From positions 7,210 to 71,209 of the forward strand of contig JBAYJJ010000001.1 of the NCBI GenBank assembly GCA_041665165.1: 64,000 nucleotides of DNA. The letters are read 5' to 3'. The notes below the pieces were generated by a model, which saw nothing but the letters and a program-made list of their open reading frames with translations, was not told the DNA's origin and did not search any database. The position numbers were made by a program, and so were the translations under genes. Source of the DNA: Patescibacteria group bacterium (lineage in GTDB: Bacteria; Patescibacteriota; Patescibacteriia; 2-12-FULL-60-25). Each line of letters begins with the position of its first letter. Position 1 is the stretch's first letter. This document shows positions 1 to 8,754 of the stretch, piece after piece.

Positions 1-691
1 GCATCATGCTCAGGATAACGACTGATGAAAGGATGGCTACACTGCCATATGCCTTAAGGTCGAGCGGTTTGCCGGCTTCAGCCTTGCCCATCAGCTTGGC
101 CACGAGCAAAGATCCGATGGTGGATCCGCCATACCAAGCAAAGATGAACTGGAAAACCGTCAAACCCTTGAGCGCGAAATACCTTTCGGCAAAACCCACG
201 ACTCCCCAGATGACGCTGTAAATTGCGATCCAGCCGAAGATCTTGAGCGGATAGCCTTTTTGGGACTTATCTCGGTTGCGCATGACCGTGAAAACCAGGG
301 CTCCGCCCAAGCACAATGCCACGCCCAGCAAAAGAACTGGTTTGACCAAGCTGCCCTCGCCCAGGATGATGAGTCCCAAGGAAATGGCGATCAGGTCATC
401 GGCCTGCGTGAACAATGACGTGCCGCTCAGGCTGATATCCATAGCCCTCCATTGGGCATAGGCACCGAAACTGTTGGCGATCCCCAAGCCTGCCACGAGC
501 AGCATGGTGTGGCCCAAGGTCAAAGGCGTCCTTGTCACAAGCAGGAGAATCGCGGACAGGATGAAGCAGAACAGGAACTGGAACGTCAACCGTCTGGTCC
601 GCGAAGGAAGGCCCACCATTCTTTTCAGGATAATGGGAGCAACGCAATAGACAAAAAAGACTCCACAGATAACTACTGCTTGCCACGGCAT
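1..691 (-). CDS. EamA/DMT-family permease; N-terminal ~230 aa, 3' end lies beyond the left edge
   Basis: The minus-strand frame is open from the ATG at 691-689 (preceded by GGAGGAAAGCC) to the window edge. It is absent from the ORF track because it has no stop in the window. Hand translation MPWQAVVICGVFFVYCVAPIILKRMVGLPS...LVAGLGIANSFGAYAQWRAMDISLSGTSLFTQADDLIAISLGLIILGEG is multi-pass hydrophobic and EamA-like. Confidence 0.55.
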   Translation of the reverse strand, partial: MPWQAVVICGVFFVYCVAPIILKRMVGLPSRTRRLTFQFLFCFILSAILLLVTRTPLTLGHTMLLVAGLGIANSFGAYAQWRAMDISLSGTSLFTQADDLIAISLGLIILGEGSLVKPVLLLGVALCLGGALVFTVMRNRDKSQKGYPLKIFGWIAIYSVIWGVVGFAERYFALKGLTVFQFIFAWYGGSTIGSLLVAKLMGKAEAGKPLDLKAYGSVAILSSVVILSMM

Positions 692-816
692 GGCTTTCCT
701 CCAAGTTTCTTATTTCGATGTCCGGCCTCAGCTTACACTCTAAACCGCTTTTGTCAAGGGCAAAACCACTCGAATTTTTGTAATTCTAGCCTTTTTTCGC
801 TTTCATAGAGTTCAGC

Positions 817-845
817 TTGCTTTTAGCCTTGTTTTGGGCTAAGAT
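817..845 (+). promoter_or_regulatory. Possible sigma70-type promoter for the pseI operon
   Basis: TTGCTT (817-822), a 17-nt spacer, then TAAGAT (840-845), 20 nt upstream of the ATG at 866. Confidence 0.3.
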
Positions 846-865
846 TAGAGAATTCATCAAGAGAT

Positions 866-1951
866 ATGCCCCAGCCCATGTTAATCAAAACGCCCAAAGG
901 AGACAGGAAAATCGGGCCTGGATATCCGACTTTTATAATTGCCGAACTTTCTGGTAACCACCAGCAAAGTTATGAGCGCATACTCAAACTGATCGACGCA
1001 GCGATTGAGGCTGGAGTGGATGCCGTAAAGACCCAAACATTCAAACCTGAAACCATAACCCTGGAATCTGACAAAGAATATTTTCAAGTCAAAGTCAATG
1101 ATGCCTGGGCAGGCCAGACCTTGTTCAGCCTTTATCAAAAAGTCGTCACGCCCTGGGAATGGCAGCCGAAGATGAAAGAATATTGCGAATCACGCGGCGT
1201 CTTGTTTTTCTCCACGCCTTTTGACCCTTCGGCTGTAGATTTTTTGGAAAGCTTGGATGTCCCTTTGTATAAAATCGCATCGTTCGAGACCGGCGACATC
1301 GGGCTTCTGCGCAAAATCGGACAGACAAAAAAGCCAGTCATCATGTCGCGCGGCTTATCGACCGAAGAGGATATCAAGCTCGCGTTAGAGACTTTGAAAC
1401 AGGCCGGTTCTCCCAGCGTCTCGGTTCTGCATTGCGTCAGCTCTTACCCAGCCACGATAGACCAGATGAACATAGCCACCATCCCGGATATTACAAAGCG
1501 TTTTGACGTGGTGTCCGGATTGTCCGATCACTCCTTGGGGACGACCGCGGCCGTGGCCAGTGTTGCGCTCGGGGCCAGCATCATAGAAAAGCATCTGACC
1601 CTGCGCCGGACTGACGGCGGACCAGATGCGGCCTTCTCGCTTGAACCCGAGGAAATGAAAGATTTGGTAAAGACTATTCGCGAGGTTGAATCAGCTATAG
1701 GTGTTCCATCATACACACCAGATAAAAAAGAATCCGAAAATATTATCTTTAGGCGTTCTCTTTTTGTGACCAAAGACATCAAGAAAGGTGAAAAATTCAC
1801 AAACGAGAATGTGCGCTCAATCCGCCCGGGCAATGGCCTGCACCCCAAATTCCTGGACGATGTGCTTGGGAAGTCAGCCACGCAAGACATTGAATATGCG
1901 ACTCCTTTAGCCTGGGAAATGGTGGACAAAGAATCAAATAAAAAAATATGA
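866..1951 (+). CDS. pseI: Pseudaminic acid synthase (NeuB/PseI family, with C-terminal SAF domain)
   Basis: 361 aa. Motifs IAELSGNH, KTQTF, YKIASFE and GLSDHSLG are present. The C-terminal RSLFVTKDIKKGEKFTNENVRSIRPGNGLHPKF closely resembles PseI proteins. pseB and pseC lie in the same locus. Confidence 0.8.
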   Translation: MPQPMLIKTPKGDRKIGPGYPTFIIAELSGNHQQSYERILKLIDAAIEAGVDAVKTQTFKPETITLESDKEYFQVKVNDAWAGQTLFSLYQKVVTPWEWQPKMKEYCESRGVLFFSTPFDPSAVDFLESLDVPLYKIASFETGDIGLLRKIGQTKKPVIMSRGLSTEEDIKLALETLKQAGSPSVSVLHCVSSYPATIDQMNIATIPDITKRFDVVSGLSDHSLGTTAAVASVALGASIIEKHLTLRRTDGGPDAAFSLEPEEMKDLVKTIREVESAIGVPSYTPDKKESENIIFRRSLFVTKDIKKGEKFTNENVRSIRPGNGLHPKFLDDVLGKSATQDIEYATPLAWEMVDKESNKKI

Positions 1952-2880
1952 AAAAAATAAACCGAATACTTTTCACTTGTGCCGGCGGCAGCGGCCCGTT
2001 GTACTTGGCAAAAAAGATGCGGAAAAAATACAAAGTCTTTTTGGTTGATGCCAGCCCCAATTCCCCTGCCCCGCAGCTTGGTTTGCCCTTCAGGGTCGTG
2101 CCCTTCGGCAGCGACCCCAAATACATAAATAAACTCAGTGCCTTGATCCGCCAGTGGCGCATCCAGTGCATCGTGCCTGGTGCGGATGAGGAGCTTTTGC
2201 CGGTCAGGCAGCTGTGCGAAAAAATCCCTGGCTTAATGGCTGTGATGCCCAGCGCCAGTTTCACCCGGCTTTGCCTAAACAAAAAAAATCTCATGGTGGC
2301 GCTCGAAAAACTCGGGATTTCATCCATCGAAACTTACCGCAGCCCAGGCCAAGTCAGATATCCGGCCATCATCAAGCCCATTTTTGGGCGCGGCTCAAGA
2401 GGCGTGCACACGGTCAAGGATAAAAAACAACTCTCTGGATATTTGGCGCTTTACAATAAAAAATTCAATGACCTGTTGGTCCAGCCCTATATCCCTGGCG
2501 ACGAGTATACTGTTTCTTTGATAGTAAACAATCGCAACCAATTGCAAGGCATTGCACCCAAGAAAATCATCCAAAAAACCGGGATTACCAAAGCCGCTGT
2601 TTCCCAAGGCCAGCCTGCGATAACGAAAGCCTGCAAAAAAATCGTGGAAAAACTAAAACCTATGGGGCCATGCAACATCCAGCTCAAGATCTGGAAAGGC
2701 AAAGCCTATATCTTCGAAATCAATCCCCGTTTATCGACCACTTCAGTATTGACGGACAAGTGCATGGGCAATGAGGTTGAGCTTTACATCCAATCCTATG
2801 ATGCGCAACCTAAAAAGATGGGCTTTATTCAGGGCATCAAGCTTTTCAGATACGATGAAAATGTTTTTCAGAATCCATGA
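1948..2880 (+). CDS. ATP-grasp domain protein (carboxylate-amine ligase type)
   Basis: 310 aa with a 4-nt ATGA overlap onto pseI. YPAIIKPIFGRGSRGV...LVQPYIPGDEYTV...IFEINPRLSTT matches the ATP-grasp fold pattern. Confidence 0.7.
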   Translation: MKKINRILFTCAGGSGPLYLAKKMRKKYKVFLVDASPNSPAPQLGLPFRVVPFGSDPKYINKLSALIRQWRIQCIVPGADEELLPVRQLCEKIPGLMAVMPSASFTRLCLNKKNLMVALEKLGISSIETYRSPGQVRYPAIIKPIFGRGSRGVHTVKDKKQLSGYLALYNKKFNDLLVQPYIPGDEYTVSLIVNNRNQLQGIAPKKIIQKTGITKAAVSQGQPAITKACKKIVEKLKPMGPCNIQLKIWKGKAYIFEINPRLSTTSVLTDKCMGNEVELYIQSYDAQPKKMGFIQGIKLFRYDENVFQNP

Positions 2881-3569
2881 ACTACATAATTGGAGACATC
2901 CACGGCAATTTTACGGAACTGGAAAAACTACTGACCATCATAAAACCCCAGGCGAACGACCGACTGATTTTTCTTGGTGACTACCTAGACAAGAACTCAG
3001 GCACGAAACGTACGCTAGACCTGCTTCACCAGCTCGCTGATACTCATGACTGCGTTTTCCTTAAAGGCAACCATGAATACGTGTGGGAAAAATATTTGCT
3101 TGGCCATGAATTGCAGCGTCGGGATTTCTTGCTGAAGTTCGGCGGACTTGAGATGCTCAAGGAATTTTCGCCTGAAGCAGAGCGTTTATTGCTCGAGGAC
3201 AAGATTGATGCTATTTCGGTATTTCTAAAGGAATATCTAAATCTACTTCCGCACATGAAAAATTATGCGACTGTTGGATCTTATTTAGCACTTCATGCAG
3301 GAATCACGGATGAACAAATGGATTCGACCCCTCTGGTCTTTGATGAACCTAACTACTTTTTGCGGCCTGATCACATTCCGACTGAGCTCAAATATCTCGG
3401 CCAATACACACTAGTGGCCGGCCATACGCATTTAAGCCCAGAGCCAGTAAAGCTCCCGGGCTACATTAATGTTGATTTAGGCGCTGGCTTTGGCAAATAT
3501 CTAGGCGCTTTTTGCCCTGAAACAAGCCAAGTCATCCGGTCTGACGGCAAAATCTTTGAACTGGGCTAG
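2877..3569 (+). CDS. Metallophosphoesterase (calcineurin-like, PP1/ApaH type)
   Basis: 230 aa. Carries the canonical GDIHGN...GDYLDKN...GNHE...GHTH motif series and has a 4-nt overlap with the upstream gene. Confidence 0.8.
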   Translation: MNYIIGDIHGNFTELEKLLTIIKPQANDRLIFLGDYLDKNSGTKRTLDLLHQLADTHDCVFLKGNHEYVWEKYLLGHELQRRDFLLKFGGLEMLKEFSPEAERLLLEDKIDAISVFLKEYLNLLPHMKNYATVGSYLALHAGITDEQMDSTPLVFDEPNYFLRPDHIPTELKYLGQYTLVAGHTHLSPEPVKLPGYINVDLGAGFGKYLGAFCPETSQVIRSDGKIFELG

Positions 3570-3613
3570 CCCTTGAACTTGTTTGATGGATATGGTAATA
3601 AAAGACAGACATT

Positions 3614-4288
3614 ATGCCTAAAAACATACTAGTCGTAGCCGCCCATCCGGATGACGAGCTGCTGGGAGCCGGGGCCACGCTCCGCAGACATGTCGAGAAC
3701 AACGACCAGGTTTTTGTATTGATACTGGGCCAGGGTGCTTTATCGCGCGATCCCAAGGCGCAAGACGAGGTAAAGAACCTGCAGGAACAAACTCGCCGAG
3801 CAAGCGAGATCATCGGTTTCAAAGGAATATTTTTTGCAGGTCTACCGGACAATGCTTTTGATGCAGTAAGCCTTCTTTCGATCACAAAAGAGATTGAAGA
3901 AGTTTTGGCCAAAATCAAACCTGCGATAGTCTACACTCATCATGAATACGATTTAAATATAGACCACCAACTTGCTTTCCAAGCCGTGCTCACAGCCTGC
4001 CGCCCGTGCAACCCCTGTGCGCCCAAAACAATCTATTCTTTCGAAACTTTGTCCTCGACAGAGTGGCAGACCAAAGACAGCAAGCAGTTCGCACCGAATG
4101 TTTATGTTGATATCGGGCAGCAACTCGAGAAAAAAATCCAGGCGCTCAAATGCTACACATCTGAAATGAGGGAATATCCGCACTCCAGGTCCGAGCAAGG
4201 CGTGCGCATTCTTGCCCAATATCGCGGGCTGGAATCAGGTTTGCGCGCAGCCGAGGCTTTTCGCTTAATCCGCAAAATACAGAAATGA
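3614..4288 (+). CDS. PIG-L/LmbE-family N-acetyl-sugar deacetylase
   Basis: 224 aa. The N-terminal VVAAHPDDELLGAGATL motif and a later HHEYDLNIDH motif are typical of the PIG-L family. Confidence 0.8.
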   Translation: MPKNILVVAAHPDDELLGAGATLRRHVENNDQVFVLILGQGALSRDPKAQDEVKNLQEQTRRASEIIGFKGIFFAGLPDNAFDAVSLLSITKEIEEVLAKIKPAIVYTHHEYDLNIDHQLAFQAVLTACRPCNPCAPKTIYSFETLSSTEWQTKDSKQFAPNVYVDIGQQLEKKIQALKCYTSEMREYPHSRSEQGVRILAQYRGLESGLRAAEAFRLIRKIQK

Positions 4289-4872
4289 ACTCTTTAGCCG
4301 CAGAACTCCAAGACATGGTGCTGGCACAGCCTCCTTGCAAAGCTGACGCCATTATTTGGCTCCAAGGGGACAGGTTTAATCGCGCCCAAAAATGCCTGAA
4401 TCTTTATCAGGCTGGCTTTGCGCCATTACTGGTGCTGACTGGAAACAATCAACTTTTAGGAAAAGACGTACGGCCCGAAGAAGACAATGTCTCGCTCCAA
4501 CAGATGCAAGACTGGCTGATGGAGCGCGGCGTTCCAGAGGGCGACATCTTGATCGAAGATAAATCCTTGAACACACGGGATCAGGCTGTCCAGATGATCG
4601 ACTTGGCAGTTTCAAGAAACTGGTCTGCCTTGCTTTTGGTCGGCTCATCCTACTATCAGATGCGCGCCTTCCTGACTTTCTTGAAATACGCGCAAGAAAT
4701 GAATTGGACAGGAAGAATAGTGAATCAACCTGTCATCATCCCGACTGAATCTATTCCCCAAGGACGCGAAAAAACCGCAGCCGAATATTTTACGCTTGAA
4801 TTGGAAAAAATAAACAAGTACCAAGACCACGTGGCCAGCATCCAGGCTGGCGTGGACTATTTGAACAAATAA
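4285..4872 (+). CDS. DUF218/YdcF-like protein
   Basis: 195 aa. ADAIIWLQGD...LLVLTGN...DKSLNTRDQA...LLLVGSSYYQMRAF fits the DUF218 pattern (E/D-x-S-x-NT...A, then H/Y-x-x-R). Confidence 0.6.
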   Translation: MNSLAAELQDMVLAQPPCKADAIIWLQGDRFNRAQKCLNLYQAGFAPLLVLTGNNQLLGKDVRPEEDNVSLQQMQDWLMERGVPEGDILIEDKSLNTRDQAVQMIDLAVSRNWSALLLVGSSYYQMRAFLTFLKYAQEMNWTGRIVNQPVIIPTESIPQGREKTAAEYFTLELEKINKYQDHVASIQAGVDYLNK

Positions 4873-4896
4873 AAAACCCGGGATTTGGCACCGGGC
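4871..4896 (-). terminator. Hairpin plus T-run downstream of the GNAT gene
   Basis: CCCGG (4877-4881) pairs with CCGGG (4891-4895). On the minus strand this is followed by TTTTTT (the complement of 4871-4876). It lies directly after the GNAT stop codon at 4900-4902. Confidence 0.45.
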
Positions 4897-4899
4897 AAG

Positions 4900-5349
4900 C
4901 TACCGCAGATTCAGGCGGTAATAATTGACATCAAGGCGTTCGAAGCCCAACGAAAGGTAGAGCCTGTTCGCAGCCTCGCGGTCCGGCCAAGTCGTGAGCA
5001 CGACCCTCTTTACGCCCCGCACTTGGGCGATTTTGAGCAACTGCAGCATCATTTCTTTGCCGATTCCGCGGCCTTCATAAGACTGGCTGACAACAACGTC
5101 CTCAACGACTGCTTCATGGCCAACCAGCATCGGCACTTCGATGAGGCGCGCCATGCCGACAAGCAAGCCATTAGCTTCCGGGTCCTTGGCCAATACAATG
5201 TGCATGCCAACAATGGCGCTGATCCGCTTCAGGTCAGCCTCAGTAAGTACCGGGCTATTCGGGCTCAAGCGCTTCAGGAGGCTGTTGATAGCCTCCAGAT
5301 CCTCGTGGCCAATGGAGCTCGGGCTTTCGCTCAGTAAAAGGTAAATCAT
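4900..5349 (-). CDS. GNAT-family N-acetyltransferase (candidate PseH-like step)
   Basis: 149 aa. Has the acetyl-CoA motif YEGRGIGKEMMLQLLKIAQVRG and a GAGGAG ribosome-binding site 4 nt upstream of the ATG. Confidence 0.75.
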   Translation of the reverse strand: MIYLLLSESPSSIGHEDLEAINSLLKRLSPNSPVLTEADLKRISAIVGMHIVLAKDPEANGLLVGMARLIEVPMLVGHEAVVEDVVVSQSYEGRGIGKEMMLQLLKIAQVRGVKRVVLTTWPDREAANRLYLSLGFERLDVNYYRLNLR

Positions 5350-5363
5350 AACTCCTCTTGGGC

Positions 5364-6656
5364 TTATCTGACCTTAAAAATATTGGTTATCGGTTCACCG
5401 ACCAGCTCTTTTTTGAGCGTGCCTTTTTCAAGCACTTGCTTCAGCTTGGGCAGGACTTTGGCATAAGCCCGGATGGTCGTATCCAGATCTTTCTGCGAAT
5501 GGCTGAAGCTCATGTTGTGCTGGCCATACCAAAGGATGCCTTCTTGCAAAATTTCCTGTTGCACATAGCTCTTTATCTCTAAGTCTGAAAAACCATTTGA
5601 CGGCGTAAAGAAAATAACTTGCCAGCATGGTTTGCCTTTTATTTTGATGACCGAGTCCAGGCCGTTCTTCTTGATGAGCGCATTCACTTTCTCCTTAAGA
5701 TATGTGCCTTTTTTCCAGATAGTCGGAATCACATTCTTTTTTTCCATTTCCTTGATGGTGGCAATGGCCGCAGCCAACGAAAGCGCCTCACCTCCATTGG
5801 TGAAAGAATAGAATATGTCTGCCACGCGCTTCATATATATCTTTTTTCCGACCAAGGCGGAGATAGGCATACCATTAGCCATGGATTTTCCGAAAGTCGC
5901 AAGGTCAGGCGTAATCCCGAAATATTTTTGGGCGCCGCCCAGGCCCCAGCGGAAACCGGTTATGACTTCGTCAAAAACCAGGAGCGCTCCGTTTTTATGC
6001 GCGATTTCCTTGACCTGCTTCAAAAAATCCTTGTCCGGCTCATAATAATTCATGGGTTCCATTATTACAGCCGCGATTTTCCCGTGATATTTCTTGAAAA
6101 GCTTTTTAAGCGAGGCAATGTCATTGTAGGCGAACGGGTGGGTCAATTTTTGGGTCGACACCGGAACGCCCAGTTTCCTGGTCGTGGATCCGATATACCA
6201 ATCGTGCCAGCCGTGATAACCGCAAGCAGCCACGTGTTCGCGGCCTGTGACTGCCCTGGCCACGCGAATCGCTCCGGAAGTGACATCGCTGCCGTTCTTT
6301 CCGTAGCGCACCATCTCAGCGCAAGGGATGTGCTTTATGAGAAGCTTGGCCAGCTCATCTTCCAAGGGCGAAGGCAATGGGAAAGCAATCCCCTTTTTAA
6401 GTTGTTTTTTTATGGCCTCGTCCACCGGCCCGTAGCAATGGCCCAAAATGACAGGCAAAAGCCCGTTGATGAAATCAATATACTCATTCCCATCCACATC
6501 CCAGACATGCGAGCCTTTGGCATGGGTCACGAACAACGGAGAGCCGCCTTTGACGTATTGCAGATAGCATTTACTGAAAGTCTGCGCAGCCAAAGGGATC
6601 CTCTCCTTGACAGAGCTGAACATCTTTTGGCTTTTGGCAAATGAACGTTTTTTCAT
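5364..6656 (-). CDS. Class III PLP aminotransferase (glutamate-1-semialdehyde aminomutase-like)
   Basis: The track ORF begins at a TTG at 6740 and overlaps the upstream gene. The first ATG at 6656 gives MKKRSFAKS.... Motifs GSHVWDVDGNEYIDF, EPMNYY, LVFDEVITGFR and FGKSMANG (the PLP lysine) are present. Confidence 0.8.
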   Translation of the reverse strand: MKKRSFAKSQKMFSSVKERIPLAAQTFSKCYLQYVKGGSPLFVTHAKGSHVWDVDGNEYIDFINGLLPVILGHCYGPVDEAIKKQLKKGIAFPLPSPLEDELAKLLIKHIPCAEMVRYGKNGSDVTSGAIRVARAVTGREHVAACGYHGWHDWYIGSTTRKLGVPVSTQKLTHPFAYNDIASLKKLFKKYHGKIAAVIMEPMNYYEPDKDFLKQVKEIAHKNGALLVFDEVITGFRWGLGGAQKYFGITPDLATFGKSMANGMPISALVGKKIYMKRVADIFYSFTNGGEALSLAAAIATIKEMEKKNVIPTIWKKGTYLKEKVNALIKKNGLDSVIKIKGKPCWQVIFFTPSNGFSDLEIKSYVQQEILQEGILWYGQHNMSFSHSQKDLDTTIRAYAKVLPKLKQVLEKGTLKKELVGEPITNIFKVR

Positions 6657-6664
6657 ATTTTCGG

Positions 6665-7621
6665 TTAAGAAAGAATATTTTCTAAAGTCATGGTAGCAAA
6701 AGCGATGGGATTTTGCGAGGCTTTTCTTGTGTTGATGCAAGATAAAAATTCCGACACTTCCTTCAGATACATGTTGTTGTTGTCCGCTTTTTTGAACTCA
6801 ACTATTTTTTTTGTGGTATTTTTTGTTTCCAGCCAGACTGCATTCTGGTTCATATCCCAATTCAAGCTGCCTTTTTCTCCGATGACCCTGCATTTGCGCG
6901 AGTAAGACTGCTGCAGATAATCGCAGGATACGGAACCGATGACCTTGTTCTTGAATTGATAAGCGGCAATGCACATATCCTCGGTCTGGATGCTCAATCC
7001 CCCGACCTTATCGGAAATCAGCGCGCGCTTCTGGACAGGCGAGAAACCATTCAACCAAAACAGCAGATCAAACTCATGGATATCATCCAGGATTATGCCG
7101 CCGCCCGTAGATTTTTTGGCTGCATAGTTCTTCCTGTAATCCTGATGCGGCCTCCAATACGGCAAAAAATAACCAAACTCGTGCCTGATGCTGTAGATTT
7201 TACCCAGCCTGCCTGAATCCAGGTATTTCTTGATGAAGGCTGGCCCAGGATGAAACCTTATGTTGCATCCTACCATGGTAATAAGTTTCTTCCTCTTGCA
7301 TTCGTCGCCCAGCGCCCGGACTCCGTTCAGGTTATGGGACAGTGGTTTTTCAATGAACAAATCGCACCCAGCCTTGGCGCAGATGGCAGCATGTTTGATG
7401 TGCAGGTTATTCGGCGTGCATATAAAAGCGACCTTGAATTTCTTGGCTGTCGCAATATCAAATTTCTGGATCCGGCCGATGACAGCTTGGCTATCAAAAG
7501 CCGAATCCAGCGGGTCAAAGACCGCGATATTCGTGTAGCCCAAAGCCATCAGATTGCTATAATGCCTTTTGCCGATAGACCCGAAGCCTGCGATTAAGAT
7601 TGGCGTAGATTTGCTCAGCAT
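6665..7621 (-). CDS. Gfo/Idh/MocA-family NAD(P) oxidoreductase
   Basis: The track start at 7633 is a TTG; the ATG at 7621 sits right after the pseC stop. Has the N-terminal Rossmann motif ILIAGFGSIGKRH, the EKP motif (LFIEKPL) and a C-terminal alpha/beta domain. Confidence 0.8.
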   Translation of the reverse strand: MLSKSTPILIAGFGSIGKRHYSNLMALGYTNIAVFDPLDSAFDSQAVIGRIQKFDIATAKKFKVAFICTPNNLHIKHAAICAKAGCDLFIEKPLSHNLNGVRALGDECKRKKLITMVGCNIRFHPGPAFIKKYLDSGRLGKIYSIRHEFGYFLPYWRPHQDYRKNYAAKKSTGGGIILDDIHEFDLLFWLNGFSPVQKRALISDKVGGLSIQTEDMCIAAYQFKNKVIGSVSCDYLQQSYSRKCRVIGEKGSLNWDMNQNAVWLETKNTTKKIVEFKKADNNNMYLKEVSEFLSCINTRKASQNPIAFATMTLENILS

Positions 7622-7622
7622 A

Positions 7623-8753
7623 TTATTGGGCAAGGATGTTTTTTAGAGTCTGGATCACAAAATCCTGATCTGTTCCGCTCAGCCCCGGAAACATGGGCAA
7701 AGATATTTCAGCCGCATAATAGTCCTCGGCCTTGGGGCACAGGCCTTTGGCATAGCCGAGCTTTTGGTAGTATGGATGCAGATGAACCGGGATATAATGG
7801 ACTTGTACACCGATGTTGGCCGCGCGCAGGGCTTCAAACACCTCTCTACGGCGCTTGATCCATTCACCCTGCAAGCGCACAGGGTACAAGTGCCAGCCCG
7901 AACGTGCGCCCTGGTGGACTGTCGGCAACTTTAATTCTTTGATGTCTTGGAAGGCTTCGTCGTATCTTAAAGCGATCTTCTCGCGCGCAGAAATGAACTG
8001 ATCGAGTTTTTTCAGCTGGCTCAGACCCAAAGCGCATTGGAAGTCAGTCAGCCTGAAATTTTCTCCCAAAGCCTGCATTTCATAATACCAAGGCCCGTCT
8101 GGCTCGTGTTCAAAATTCTCTTTTGTTATTCCGTGCGTCCGGAAAAGCTTCAGTCTGCGCGCAAAATCAGGATTGTCCGTCAGCACTGCGCCGCCTTCGC
8201 CTGTAGTGATGGGTTTGACCGGATGGAAACTGAAAACCGTCATATCAGACAAGGTTCCGACTTTTTTTCCGTTTTGCGAGGCGCCGAGCGCATGGCAAGC
8301 ATCTTCGATGACGATCAACCCGTGTTCTTTCGCGATTTTATTTATTTCCTCGTGCTGGATCGGGTTGCCTGAATAGTCTATGGGCACGATAGCCTTTGTT
8401 TTCGGCGTAATCAAAACCTTGATCTTTTCAGGATCAATGTTCCCCGTCTCAGGATCAATATCCGCAAATATTGGTTTGCCGCCCTGCCAGATGCCGGCAT
8501 TGGATGTGGCAGCAAAAGTCAGAGGTGAAGTGATGAACTCATCGCCCGGCTGGAAATCAGCGGCAAAATAAGCTGCCTGGAGCGCAGACGTGCCGTTGTT
8601 GAAGACGATTGCGAAAGAAGCTCCGCAATAATCTGCCAGCGCTTTTTCGAATTCTTCGACTTTAGGCCCCTGGGTCAGCCAATCAGAACGCAAAACATCG
8701 GCAACAGCCTTAATGTCCTCTTCGTCTATGGATTGGTGGCCGTAAGGAATCAT
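7623..8753 (-). CDS. pseC: UDP-4-amino-4,6-dideoxy-N-acetyl-beta-L-altrosamine transaminase (DegT/PseC type)
   Basis: 376 aa. Features are IPYGHQSIDEEDIKAV..VLRSDWLTQGPKV, FSFHPVKPITTGEGG (the PLP lysine), NFRLTDFQCALGLSQLKKL, and a C-terminal AEISLPMFPGL. Confidence 0.8.
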   Translation of the reverse strand: MIPYGHQSIDEEDIKAVADVLRSDWLTQGPKVEEFEKALADYCGASFAIVFNNGTSALQAAYFAADFQPGDEFITSPLTFAATSNAGIWQGGKPIFADIDPETGNIDPEKIKVLITPKTKAIVPIDYSGNPIQHEEINKIAKEHGLIVIEDACHALGASQNGKKVGTLSDMTVFSFHPVKPITTGEGGAVLTDNPDFARRLKLFRTHGITKENFEHEPDGPWYYEMQALGENFRLTDFQCALGLSQLKKLDQFISAREKIALRYDEAFQDIKELKLPTVHQGARSGWHLYPVRLQGEWIKRRREVFEALRAANIGVQVHYIPVHLHPYYQKLGYAKGLCPKAEDYYAAEISLPMFPGLSGTDQDFVIQTLKNILAQ

Positions 8754-8754
8754 A

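Noticed and set aside
5619-6644. A 341-aa plus-strand ORF antisense to the class III aminotransferase. Similar antisense ORFs lie at 10114-10836, 20167-20721 and 45259-45885.
   Set aside because: The opposite strand carries strong family motifs in each case. The antisense translations are low-complexity, have no start context and would break operon organisation.
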